From the IMG/VR virus record IMGVR_UViG_3300008267_000028: a stretch of 55,231 bases of DNA. One strand, 5' to 3'. Below are positions 1 through 9,026 of the stretch, in pieces. Every line of letters starts with the position of its first letter. Position 1 is the stretch's first letter. A model generated the notes under the pieces. It made no database searches and was not told the origin of the DNA. It saw nothing but the letters and a program-made list of their open reading frames with translations. Position numbers and translations under genes: made by a program. The stretch is from an uncultured virus (IMG/VR IMGVR_UViG_3300008267_000028). Taxonomy: Duplodnaviria; Heunggongvirae; Uroviricota; Caudoviricetes.

Positions 1-267
1 GCCCTGACCTTCCACTACAAGCCGTGCGGCTGGGGGTTCGGCAAGTCCGACGCTCCCCACGAGGCGACCCTCGCCCGCATCCAGAAGGGTTGGGACGGCC
101 AGACCCCCGACCTCATCGTGGTCGGAGAGTGGAAGGAAGGCGCTGCCGTGCAGGGCGCTTGGCCGAAGGGCAAGGCTGTCTGGACGGACTGCAACGAACT
201 GCCTGGCCAGACGGTCGGCCACCTGCGCCGCCTCGGTCGCGGTTGGGAAATCATCAAGGCCGGTTGA
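1..267 (+). CDS. hypothetical protein, 5' partial
   Basis: Frame 1 open from base 1 to TGA 265-267 (ALTFHYKPCGWGF...WEIIKAG), strong GC3 bias; absent from ORF track. Confidence 0.75.
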   Translation, partial: ALTFHYKPCGWGFGKSDAPHEATLARIQKGWDGQTPDLIVVGEWKEGAAVQGAWPKGKAVWTDCNELPGQTVGHLRRLGRGWEIIKAG

Positions 268-293
268 TTCGGCCACCCCTCACTTCCTAGTAG
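264..293 (+). promoter_or_regulatory. class I promoter motif TTGATT-N18-TAGTAG
   Basis: One of 7 copies with identical 18-nt spacing, all facing downstream genes. Confidence 0.75.
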
Positions 294-332
294 GGGCAGG
301 ACGGAAAAACAACCGTAGGTTTTTCGCTCCCC

Positions 333-342
333 GGTGTAAGAG
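333..342 (+). promoter_or_regulatory. class II promoter motif GGTGTAAGAG
   Basis: Recurrent intergenic motif, in tandem with the class I copy. Confidence 0.7.
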
Positions 343-392
343 GGGGGCAGCCACTCAAACTGCACCACACACGCACTACACGGAGGTCTGCT

Positions 393-1370
393 ATGGCACA
401 CGAGATCGAGATTCAGAACGGCAAGGCCAACGCCTTCTTCGTCGGGGAGCCTGCTTGGCACAAGCTGGGCAAGGTGTTCGCGGAGGGGACCGTGCTGGAC
501 ATCCCCACCGCCATCGAGGCGGCGGGCCTCAACTGGAACGTGCGGCTCCAGCCCCTCCACATGGTGTACGACGGCGAGAATCTGCCGGTGCCGGGCTACG
601 CCACCGTCCGCGACTCGGACAAGTCGGTGCTGGGCGTCGTCGGCCCCACCTACAAGCCCCTCCAGAACGCCGATGCGTTCAACTGGTTCCAGCCCTTCCT
701 CGACGCCAACGAGGCGACCCTTGAGGCGGCTGGCAGCCTGCGGGGCGGCAAGCGGGTCTGGGTGCTGGCCCGCCTCAACCGTGACCCCATCGAGGTTGTG
801 AAGGGCGATGAGGTCCGCAAGTACGTCCTGCTCTCCAACGGCCACGACGGCACGCTGGCGATCAGGGCGGGCTTCTCGGGTATCCGTGTGGTGTGTGCGA
901 ACACCCTCGCGGAGGCTCACGGCTCCTCGGCCTCGAAGCTCCTGCGGGTCCGTCACACGGCGAACGCCGTCCGCACCCTCGACGAGGTTCGGGAAGTGAT
1001 GAACCTCGCTGACCGTGAGTTCGCGGCCACCGCAGAACAGTACCGCTCGCTGGCCCGCAAGCAGGTCAACGCCTCCGACCTCAAGGCTTTCGTCCGCAAG
1101 GTCTTTGAGCCGAAGGTGCTGCTCACCGAGACGCCCGAGGAGGAGCGTAACCAGACGCTCATCAACAACATCATCCCGCTCTTTGAGAAGGGCCGTGGCA
1201 ACGACCTGCCTGGGGTCGCGGGTACCATGTGGGCCGCCTACAACGCCGTCAACGAGTACCTCGGGTACGAGCGTGGCCAGGAGGCCAACCGGCTGGACTC
1301 CATGTGGTTCGGTGACTCGGCCCGCCTCAACCAAAAGGCGTTCCAGACGGCTCTCCGCATGGCCGCCTAA
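393..1370 (+). CDS. DUF932/TIGR03299-type phage/plasmid protein
   Basis: MAHEIE, PAWHKLG, YKPLQN, NGHDGT, RVVCANT, WAAYNAVNEY motifs; GGAGG RBS. Confidence 0.85.
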   Translation: MAHEIEIQNGKANAFFVGEPAWHKLGKVFAEGTVLDIPTAIEAAGLNWNVRLQPLHMVYDGENLPVPGYATVRDSDKSVLGVVGPTYKPLQNADAFNWFQPFLDANEATLEAAGSLRGGKRVWVLARLNRDPIEVVKGDEVRKYVLLSNGHDGTLAIRAGFSGIRVVCANTLAEAHGSSASKLLRVRHTANAVRTLDEVREVMNLADREFAATAEQYRSLARKQVNASDLKAFVRKVFEPKVLLTETPEEERNQTLINNIIPLFEKGRGNDLPGVAGTMWAAYNAVNEYLGYERGQEANRLDSMWFGDSARLNQKAFQTALRMAA

Positions 1371-1389
1371 GCGGTCGGTCGCACCAGAG

Positions 1390-1424
1390 GGGGCGGCGGG
1401 GAAAACCCGTCGCCCCTTTTGTTT
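1390..1424 (+). terminator. intrinsic terminator
   Basis: GGGGCGGCGGG-GAAAA-CCCGTCGCCCC followed by TTTTGTTT. Confidence 0.85.
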
Positions 1425-1475
1425 CACCAGCACACTTTTTACTGCTAGGTTGCAGCCCCCTCGCTCGGAGCCGGT

Positions 1476-2297
1476 ATGCGCCTCAAAGTTGTCGAGAAGC
1501 CCGTCGTCGCCAAACTCATCGCCCGCTCAAGGCCCATCGGCCTCACAGAGGGCTTGCTCAAGGAAGGCGAACGCATCCTCTCCAACAACTCCATCGCGGG
1601 TGCCACCCTAGACGTGCCCATCGAGGGCACCTGTCGGCCCTCCAAGACCTGCACGAAGGACTGCTACGCGGCGTACTCTCGGCAGGCCATGCCCCGTATG
1701 CTGGCCCATCAGTACAGGGTTCAGCACTCGATGGAGGCCGATCCCGTGGCGTTCGCCCAACGGGTCATGGAGGAGTATGACAGGCTCGGCCTCACCTACC
1801 TGCGTTGGAACGGTGTGGGGGACCTCTCGGAAGCCGCCGTCCAGACTATCAACTGGATCGGGCAGAACCGCCCCGATGCCACGCTGTGGGTGGTGACTCG
1901 CAAGCCCGAACTCGCCGCCAAGGTACAGCACTTCCAGAACGTCTATGTCCACTTCTCGCTCGACTCATCGAGCCTCGACAGGCGTGAGAAGTTCTTGGCC
2001 CTCCAACCCCTGTCCCGCAACTACTTCTTCTCCTATCAATGCGAACGGGACGAGATTCCCCCTGCCAACGTACAGGCCAGCGTGGTGTTTCATCGCAAGT
2101 ACAAGCTGGTCGAAGGGTCGGACCCATCCAACCCCGCCCTCTGCCCCCTCAACCTGCTGACCGACTGCACGGGTGCCTGTGCGAACTGCCGCCGATGCTT
2201 CAACGGCAAGGCCGTCGAGATGAGCGACCTTCCCGCTGGGCTGTCCGTCCGCACCGCCTTCGACCTCGCTGACCTAGATCGACTTTTGCAGGAGTGA
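1476..2297 (+). CDS. GP88-like (radical-SAM-related, Cys-rich) protein
   Basis: TCx5Cx3CYA, RWNGVGD, C-terminal CxxCxxC. Confidence 0.65.
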   Translation: MRLKVVEKPVVAKLIARSRPIGLTEGLLKEGERILSNNSIAGATLDVPIEGTCRPSKTCTKDCYAAYSRQAMPRMLAHQYRVQHSMEADPVAFAQRVMEEYDRLGLTYLRWNGVGDLSEAAVQTINWIGQNRPDATLWVVTRKPELAAKVQHFQNVYVHFSLDSSSLDRREKFLALQPLSRNYFFSYQCERDEIPPANVQASVVFHRKYKLVEGSDPSNPALCPLNLLTDCTGACANCRRCFNGKAVEMSDLPAGLSVRTAFDLADLDRLLQE

Positions 2298-2309
2298 TGC
2301 TATCGTTCT

Positions 2310-2319
2310 GGTGTAAGAA
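2310..2319 (+). promoter_or_regulatory. class II promoter upstream of tRNA
   Basis: GGTGTAAGAA ends 10 nt before the tRNA 5' end. Confidence 0.7.
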
Positions 2320-2329
2320 GGGATCATGG

Positions 2330-2415
2330 ACGCGAGTGACGGAACCGGCAGACGTAGCGGACTCAAAATCCGCCGCCCCCAAGGCGTGTGGGTTCGACTC
2401 CCACCTCGCGCACCA
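2330..2415 (+). tRNA. tRNA-Leu(CAA)
   Basis: Anticodon arm GCGGA-CTCAAAA-TCCGC, long variable arm, T arm GTGGG-TTCGACT-CCCAC, encoded CCA; A1-C72 mismatch. Confidence 0.93.
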
Positions 2416-2419
2416 ACCC

Positions 2420-2623
2420 TTGAACTGCCCCGAGTGTGCGGCGTCGATGACTTTCGGCCCCCGCCACGACATCATCTTTGCCGGTATCGCCGTCTGGAGT
2501 TGCCCTGCCTGTGGGGAAGTTGTCATGGACGGCCCCGCTCTCAGGGCCGTTCAGCAACAGTACCTTCAATCCCAAGAGTCCCCTGGGTCATCGAGTTCGA
2601 CGACGCCCAACGACAACCCCTGA
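2420..2623 (+). CDS. YgiT/MqsA-type zinc-finger microprotein
   Basis: CPEC...CPACGE; TTG start just after the tRNA, start uncertain. Confidence 0.5.
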   Translation: MNCPECAASMTFGPRHDIIFAGIAVWSCPACGEVVMDGPALRAVQQQYLQSQESPGSSSSTTPNDNP

Positions 2624-2907
2624 CGGTCATCGTCATAGTGGGTGAGGAACCGTGGGTGCAAACCCTCGTGGACCTCTCGGTGGCATCTGCTGCATAGCAG
2701 GACGCACTTATCGAGTTCACGTCGGATGGCGTCAAAGGACGACATCCGCTGCGAGATCGTGAAGTCCTTGATGGACGGGTCAACGTGGTGGAAGTCGAAG
2801 GCCGCCGCGCACTTGTCGTAGCCGCAGACCTCGCACCGCCCGCCCTTGTAGGCGATGGCCCGCTCTCGCAAAGCCCTGCGCCGCCTTGCAGCTTCAAATC
2901 TGTCCAC
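2566..2907 (-). CDS. HNH endonuclease (free-standing)
   Basis: CEVCGY...DFHHVDP...LLCSRCHREVH. Confidence 0.85.
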   Translation of the reverse strand: MDRFEAARRRRALRERAIAYKGGRCEVCGYDKCAAAFDFHHVDPSIKDFTISQRMSSFDAIRRELDKCVLLCSRCHREVHEGLHPRFLTHYDDDRQGLSLGVVELDDPGDSWD

Positions 2908-2966
2908 GCTCGGAACCTATACGAAAACGCTCGCCTTCGGGGTAGGATTCTGCGAGAGGTAGTGTC

Positions 2967-3143
2967 GTGTCGAAACGTATCGTCCAGATTGAACTTCGTC
3001 TGCCCGAGGAAACCACCGTCCACTCCGTCATGGAGTTCATCCAGGCTTGGGAGTGGGTGATGCAGAAGTGCATCCCTGGCTCGTCGATGCGTGCCAAGAT
3101 GCCGATGCCTCCTCCCCCGAAACCCCACCCGACGTTGATGTGA
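2967..3143 (+). CDS. 58-aa hypothetical protein
   Basis: GTG start after GAGGT RBS; MSKRIVQIELRLPEE...; TGATG coupling to next gene; below ORF-track cutoff. Confidence 0.65.
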   Translation: MSKRIVQIELRLPEETTVHSVMEFIQAWEWVMQKCIPGSSMRAKMPMPPPPKPHPTLM

Positions 3144-3457
3144 TGCAGACCTTCTGGATCAAAGCGATCAGCATGATCGTCGGCTCGTGCCTGCTGGGCG
3201 CGTGGGTGAGCCGTCTCGTCAACCAAGGGAAGGCCGCTTGGTGGTGGGCCGCCTTCCCCGCCATCCTCTCTGGGGCGATCTGGGGCTGGATGGCTCGCCA
3301 GAAGGTCAGCCTCGTCCACGCCAGCGTCATCTACGATGTGACGATGGCCTCCACCTACGTTGTGAGCCTCTGGCTGCTCGGTGAAGCCGTGACGCCCATG
3401 CAGGTGCTTGGCATCGTGCTGGCCGTCGCTGGCGTGGGGATCATGGGATGGACCTAG
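3143..3457 (+). CDS. small 4-TM DMT/SMR-like membrane protein
   Basis: About 104 aa, four hydrophobic segments, GEAVTPMQVLGIVL motif. Confidence 0.65.
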   Translation: MQTFWIKAISMIVGSCLLGAWVSRLVNQGKAAWWWAAFPAILSGAIWGWMARQKVSLVHASVIYDVTMASTYVVSLWLLGEAVTPMQVLGIVLAVAGVGIMGWT

Positions 3458-4074
3458 CATACACGTTCACGGCAGGGACCGACGAGGCTGGCTACGGAGC
3501 ATGGGCTGGCCCGCTCTGTGTGGCGGGTGTACGGACCCCCGTGGCGTGGAAGCCGCCTCTGGGCCTCACGGACTCCAAGAAACTCTCGGAAGCCCAACGT
3601 GAGACGCTCTATGTGGCGTTGACGAGCGACCCCAGCATCGTCTGGATGGTCAGGTTGGTGTCTGCCCAGCAGGTCGATAAGCAGGGCGTCCACACCTGCC
3701 TACGGGAAGCCCACGAGACAATCCACCGCGACCTCTCGTGGGACATCTCGGGCGTCCGCTGCGTGGCAGACGGCACTCTCGCGCTACAGGGCGGGATCGA
3801 GTCGATCCCCAAGGCCGACCTCACCATCCCAGCGGTGTCAGCGGCCTCCATCATCGCCAAGGTCACACGGGACCGCGAGATGGTCAGGCTGGCCGAACAG
3901 TTCCCAGACTATGCGTTCGAGCGTCACAAGGGCTACGGGGTACCCGTCCACGAGGCAGCCCTACGGCTCCACGGGCCGTGTGCGTTGCATCGGATGAGTT
4001 ACGCCCCCCTGCGTGCCTTCGAGAAGAAGCCCGTCAACCTACTCGATCTCCTGAGTGAACTCCCCCAAGAGTAG
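3448..4074 (+). CDS. rnhB: ribonuclease HII
   Basis: GTDEAGYGAWAGP, DSKKL, SAASIIAKVTRD, HKGYG. Confidence 0.93.
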   Translation: MDLAYTFTAGTDEAGYGAWAGPLCVAGVRTPVAWKPPLGLTDSKKLSEAQRETLYVALTSDPSIVWMVRLVSAQQVDKQGVHTCLREAHETIHRDLSWDISGVRCVADGTLALQGGIESIPKADLTIPAVSAASIIAKVTRDREMVRLAEQFPDYAFERHKGYGVPVHEAALRLHGPCALHRMSYAPLRAFEKKPVNLLDLLSELPQE

Positions 4075-5571
4075 GTTCTCGTCGCTTGCGATCCGCATAA
4101 CGTGCTTGAACGAGTCCGCTTGGTCCCGTGTCATGTCCTTGTCCATGACGTAGTGTGCGAACGCCTCCGCGAACGCCTCGTCGATGTTGGACTTGCCGTA
4201 CCGACTGACCGGCGTGGGCCGAGTCAAACGGAACCGCGCAGACAAGCCGTTCAAGGCGGCATCGTTTTCCCGTACCCAAGCGTCAACCTTCTGGTCGATT
4301 GACCGCAGGTACGGTTCTCGCATCTCGGGCGTCTGCAACTCGGCCGGGAACAGGTCGTCCAGTATCTCCCGCTCCCGCGCAAGCGCCTTCGTGGCCGGTC
4401 CGACGGCCTTGTTGTACGCTTGGAGCAGGGAATCAGCCTCGGCCTTCGGCAACTCAATGTTCTTAAACGCCGCAATCAACACCCGCTCAATGCTGGTTGG
4501 CAGCAGCTTCATGTGAAAAGTCACGGCGCTCTTTTTTGCCAACACTTCTTCAACTGGACACTTGGCGAAGATGTCTGCCGTCGCGGCGATGTACTTGAGC
4601 CGGGCCGCTACCGATTCTCGTGCCTCAAGGAGGTCGGGTTCAATGTCCTTGCCGGTCAGGTCAACGAGGTCCGTGAACTGGTCGCGTTGGGCTTTCCCCA
4701 TTTGCTTGAACCAATAGCGGTGTCCCAACTCGTGGATCATCAGGTAGGTGACGAATGTACTCGGGCGACTGAACACCGACACGGTATCGGGACCAATCAC
4801 AAAGTGACCCCCGACACCAAAATCTTTCCCGTTCTGGTTGACGCCTCCGCACTCCTCGCATCGGATGAACGTCGTGCCGTACCACGCCTTGTCCAGCTTC
4901 TTGGCCTTCAAGCGGTGGTACGCATCTTTTAGGTACTCGACGTACTGGTTGACCTGCTGGGGTGTCACGGTACGGTCATCCACGACAACCTTCATGCCGT
5001 ACAGGTCGAACTCGGACTCGGCCTCCTGCCCCCACGCTTCCTGTGTACCCTCGGGGTCAGTCTGCTCGGACTTCTCGACCTGTGCGGCGCTGTCTCGCAA
5101 TATCTTGAGGATACGGTCGAGAAGTTCAGTCGGGTCGCCCTTCCGGGTCCCCATGCCCATCCCACCACGCCCGCTGACAACCCCCGACATCGCGCTCTGA
5201 AAGTCCGTCTTGAACGCCTCCAACACCCCTTGCGCGTGGTCGGCGTCCTGCGGTGACGAGGAACCCGCGAAACTGGCGTCTATCTTTGCCCGTTTGTACT
5301 TGGCATCCAAAAACTGCCGTAGTTCGTCGAACTTCTTGAGCAGGGAGGGCCGCGTGCTGGGCATCATGGCGGGCGAGCGCCGCTGTAAGGTAATCTGCTT
5401 TTCCAAGTTCTCGACGAACTCGGCCAGCCCACCGATAGCGCGAAGAACGTCGGGCCACCCGGTGATGCGTGGCTTCATCAGCGACAACCAACCGCGCCGC
5501 ACCCCGACTAACCATTCCTTGTCGAGCAAGGCGGCCGTGAACCGGCGAACCACCACATCTGCGCGGACCAT
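4039..5571 (-). CDS. zincin-type metallopeptidase domain protein (putative virion cargo)
   Basis: IHELGH followed by PVSRYG...EAFAEAF; terminal VVRRFTAA and RIAS motifs. Confidence 0.7.
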   Translation of the reverse strand: MVRADVVVRRFTAALLDKEWLVGVRRGWLSLMKPRITGWPDVLRAIGGLAEFVENLEKQITLQRRSPAMMPSTRPSLLKKFDELRQFLDAKYKRAKIDASFAGSSSPQDADHAQGVLEAFKTDFQSAMSGVVSGRGGMGMGTRKGDPTELLDRILKILRDSAAQVEKSEQTDPEGTQEAWGQEAESEFDLYGMKVVVDDRTVTPQQVNQYVEYLKDAYHRLKAKKLDKAWYGTTFIRCEECGGVNQNGKDFGVGGHFVIGPDTVSVFSRPSTFVTYLMIHELGHRYWFKQMGKAQRDQFTDLVDLTGKDIEPDLLEARESVAARLKYIAATADIFAKCPVEEVLAKKSAVTFHMKLLPTSIERVLIAAFKNIELPKAEADSLLQAYNKAVGPATKALAREREILDDLFPAELQTPEMREPYLRSIDQKVDAWVRENDAALNGLSARFRLTRPTPVSRYGKSNIDEAFAEAFAHYVMDKDMTRDQADSFKHVMRIASDENLLLGEFTQEIE

Positions 5572-5580
5572 CCGTGCCTC

Positions 5581-5940
5581 CTATCCACCCACATAGACGA
5601 CGAACTGCCCGTCACCCTTGGCTCTCGCACCCCAGAGGTCGAGCGTCTCCTGACACCACTTCTGGAACTCCTCCGTGCTGGCCCAAGTGTCGCGGGTCGG
5701 CAGCGGCTTGAAGTGGAGTTCCCCCTCGGCGCTATCGGGGTCGCTACGCCCCGTTCGGAACCCGATGTAGGACCGCGTGGGGTCGAGTTCGTACTTGAAG
5801 GGTTTGGCAGCCTTGCTGATCTTTGCCAGAATGGCGGTGACGCCCGTTTGCTCGATAGTCATGGCCTTGCGGTGAACATCCATGAGGGCCGAGTGAACGT
5901 CGAGCGTGGCAGCGGCGGTTCGTTCGTAGGTGTAGGGCAC
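5581..5940 (-). CDS. hypothetical protein with N-terminal RTAA motif
   Basis: GAGGAGG RBS, operonic. Confidence 0.7.
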   Translation of the reverse strand: MPYTYERTAAATLDVHSALMDVHRKAMTIEQTGVTAILAKISKAAKPFKYELDPTRSYIGFRTGRSDPDSAEGELHFKPLPTRDTWASTEEFQKWCQETLDLWGARAKGDGQFVVYVGG

Positions 5941-5951
5941 GGGGAGCCTCC

Positions 5952-8900
5952 TCAGAGTCCAAGTAGGTAACGGGTGACGACACGGCTGGGCGCGTCCGCA
6001 CCCACGCTCGCCACCTTGTCGATGATGGAGCCGTCCTTGAGGTACTGGTCCTCAAGACCGACGACGAGGTACTGATTCTTGAGCGTGCTGGCCTCGTGAC
6101 CAACCGCCTCGGCGGTCGCCTCCAGAGCCTTCTTGAACTCGGCCTTCAACGCCTTCGTCTTACCCTTCTTGTCGCTCGGGAGTTCGCCACCGGCCTTCCG
6201 CTCCTCCCGCAGCTTCTCGGCCATCACTCGGTTGGCGTGGAAGCCCCGCAGGTCCTTGGCGGTCACGTCGAAGGGTTCAAGGTAGGCGTTGACCTTCTCG
6301 GCGGTCACTCGGCCACCCTCCCACTCGAAGATGGAGGCGTCCTCGCCCTCAACGGCCTCGTAGGCGTCCCGCAGGGCGTTCTTGATGGAGGTGTCCGACA
6401 CCTTCTTCTTGTGCTTGACGCCAGACTTCCCCGTGTACGAGATGGTGACGCCCCCCTTGCCGAACGACAGGTGACCTCGCTGCCAGCCCGTCACCCCAAA
6501 GTGGCCCCGCTCCTCCGCAGAGGTATCGTTACCGACCCGCTCGTAGGTGTGGTCGATGAGGGCAACCGCCAGAGCCGTCAGCTTCTTCTCAGGGTCGTCG
6601 CTCCGCAGGTCCTTCTTGACCTTCGACCGCAGCTTCCCGATGCTGGTTTTCATCTTCTCGACCTTGCGGGCCTTCTCGGCGTTCCGTAGGGCGATCTGAC
6701 GCTCGCTGTAAACATAGACGGTACGTTCCTCACCGTCCTTGTTGGTGACCTTCTTCTTTTCCTTGTACCTGGCTGCCACCCTGGTTGTCATGCGGGCGTG
6801 CTGCCAGCCGCGATCTCCAGAGAGGACAACGATGCTTTCGGGCTTGTCCGCACGCTCCAGCAGCTTCCGCAGGTGAGGGGGCAGTTCACGGGGTTCCGTC
6901 GTGGGGATTTTGCCAGTTTCCATGAACTCCTCGAACCGCGCCAAAACGGCATCCTTGCCCGATACGGGCAGGCCGAAGTTCGTGAGCGCGAACAACTCCG
7001 CAAACGCTTCCTCGCCCGACGTGGAACTGTATTGCGTGGTCTGCCACTCGAACTTGTCCCAATCGGCCTTCGGCCTAAACTTGTGGTCGAACCGATGCCC
7101 CAACTCGTGGACGATGATGTAGTCGAAGGCACCATACGTCCCGCGTGTCCGCTTCAACACCGCAGGGGTCGCCCGAACCAGCAGGATGTCCTCCTCTGAC
7201 TTGTACTTGCCACCCGCCGTACCGCCGAACGACTTGGGCGATGCCAGCACAACCTTCAAGCCCCCCGTCAACGCCTTCTTGCGCCAGCCCTTCAACTCTC
7301 GGAACACCTTTTCGAGGTTCTCGGCGTACTCGGCCAACTTGGCCTCGTTGAACCCGACCTCGTTCTCGTAGGTGTTCTGGCCGACCCGCAGTTCCTTGGG
7401 AATCTTCTTGCCGCCCTCGTCACTCAGCAGGCGAACGGCCTCGTCAATCTTGCCCTCTAGGACTCCCCACTTTATCTCAATGGACGCCCGGTAAGATTCT
7501 GCGGGGTTTCCGTTCCGCAGATACCAATGCAGGGCGTCGAGCGTGTCCTTGTACGCCTTGGCCCCCTTGGGGGTCCTCGACACTTGGAAGTGGAAGTTCT
7601 CGGCCAACCACTCCGCGAGCGCCTTGGCCTTGCGTTCGTCAATGGGCTGGTCCCGCAGCACGTCGTCGAACTTCCGCTTGGCCTCCTGCGCGAGCCCGGC
7701 CAGCATGACCCGTGAGGCCACTCTGTCCCGCATCGAAGATGTCCGCAGCATTTGCTTGAAGGACTCCAACTGGTCACGGTCGAGGTTTCGGCCCAAAACG
7801 TAGTCGGCAAAGACCTCTGCGAAAGACTCGAAGATGTGGACGCCACCGTACTCGCTGACGGGCGTTACAGGCTTGTCGAGGCCGTCCTCGGTCTTGCGGC
7901 TCGGCACATAGTCCATGACCTCCCTGACCTTGGCCTTGTCAACGTCCTCGGCGGGGTCCCGCGTCTGCACCATGTCGTTGAACCACGCACGCTGCGATGG
8001 CTTCACAACTCGGAACCAGTAGCGGTGACCCAACTCGTGGACGATGGTGTGGAGCAGGGTGGCTGGATCGTAGCCCGTCAACTCCACGGTGTCCGTGCCA
8101 GGGCTGTAGGTGCCGCCGAACTTCCGCGATACGGCGTACCCCACCTCCTTCATGGCCTCCCACTCCTCGTCGGTGACGTCGCGGGCCTCCTTGGACAGAT
8201 AGATGAGAGGGCCGTACCAGACGTTATCGACCCCCGCACGTTGCAGTAGCCCATACGCCTTGCGGAACGTCTGGATCACCCATTGGTCGGTGTCGAGGTC
8301 GCCCCCTGGATCGAGGATGATGACCTTCGCCTTCCCGATGGAGAGTTCTCGGGCGATGCCTCGGTCCTCGTATAACGAGGGGTCCAGATACTTCGACCTC
8401 CCGATGTCGAGGAAGAAGCGGTCCAAGACCTTCAAGGTGTTGACGGCAGGCCGCTTCTCCACGGCGTTCGCCAACACCTTCTCACGGGCCTTCGTCTCCT
8501 TCATGTAGGCGAGGAACTCGGGCGTCGGAGGCATCACGTCCCATGACATCGACACAGCCGAGGGAGCCTTGCCGCGAAGGCGGCTCTCAAGGTCCCGCAG
8601 CGGACGCCAACTGATTTCCGGCTCGTTCTCGATGGCGTTCGCCAGCGTCTTTACGGTGCGGTCATAGTTGTCGAGGACGGCCTTGGCCGCGAAGGTCCCG
8701 AAGGGAGTCTCACTCCGCAGAGCGGATACGGCGCTTTTGTAGCGGGTCGCACACCAACGGAGTTTCTGCTCGGCGTCCCAGAACTTCCATTGACGCTCGA
8801 TCTCCTTGGCGAAGTACGGGTTGTACCGCGAGAAGTCCACGGCCTCCTTGACGACACTCGCCAGCCACTCAGCAAACTCCTCGATCTTCGATGCCACCCC

Positions 8901-9026
8901 CTCGAAGTCGCTGCCCTTCACAGGGGTAGCAAGCCAATCCGAGAGGGTCCGCTTCTTTGCCTCGAACCACTCGGCAGGCATCTCGATGTCGGCGGCCTTC
9001 TTAGCCGTCCACATGGACGGCCTCAA
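5952..9026 (-). CDS. polyprotein: two zincin metallopeptidase domains plus DNA topoisomerase IB
   Basis: HELGH near 8030 and 7100, each followed by E.FAE; TopIB catalytic set RVGN, GKSG, KDLR, GH...QY in about 5990-6790. Confidence 0.8.
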   Translation of the reverse strand: MRPSMWTAKKAADIEMPAEWFEAKKRTLSDWLATPVKGSDFEGVASKIEEFAEWLASVVKEAVDFSRYNPYFAKEIERQWKFWDAEQKLRWCATRYKSAVSALRSETPFGTFAAKAVLDNYDRTVKTLANAIENEPEISWRPLRDLESRLRGKAPSAVSMSWDVMPPTPEFLAYMKETKAREKVLANAVEKRPAVNTLKVLDRFFLDIGRSKYLDPSLYEDRGIARELSIGKAKVIILDPGGDLDTDQWVIQTFRKAYGLLQRAGVDNVWYGPLIYLSKEARDVTDEEWEAMKEVGYAVSRKFGGTYSPGTDTVELTGYDPATLLHTIVHELGHRYWFRVVKPSQRAWFNDMVQTRDPAEDVDKAKVREVMDYVPSRKTEDGLDKPVTPVSEYGGVHIFESFAEVFADYVLGRNLDRDQLESFKQMLRTSSMRDRVASRVMLAGLAQEAKRKFDDVLRDQPIDERKAKALAEWLAENFHFQVSRTPKGAKAYKDTLDALHWYLRNGNPAESYRASIEIKWGVLEGKIDEAVRLLSDEGGKKIPKELRVGQNTYENEVGFNEAKLAEYAENLEKVFRELKGWRKKALTGGLKVVLASPKSFGGTAGGKYKSEEDILLVRATPAVLKRTRGTYGAFDYIIVHELGHRFDHKFRPKADWDKFEWQTTQYSSTSGEEAFAELFALTNFGLPVSGKDAVLARFEEFMETGKIPTTEPRELPPHLRKLLERADKPESIVVLSGDRGWQHARMTTRVAARYKEKKKVTNKDGEERTVYVYSERQIALRNAEKARKVEKMKTSIGKLRSKVKKDLRSDDPEKKLTALAVALIDHTYERVGNDTSAEERGHFGVTGWQRGHLSFGKGGVTISYTGKSGVKHKKKVSDTSIKNALRDAYEAVEGEDASIFEWEGGRVTAEKVNAYLEPFDVTAKDLRGFHANRVMAEKLREERKAGGELPSDKKGKTKALKAEFKKALEATAEAVGHEASTLKNQYLVVGLEDQYLKDGSIIDKVASVGADAPSRVVTRYLLGL

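Noticed and set aside
15..1433. Long antisense ORFs (also 15700-16917, 33605-34702, 44384-45406)
   Set aside because: Shadow frames of high-GC3 genes with no motifs
2294..2419. ORFs running through the tRNA
   Set aside because: They overlap a well-formed tRNA
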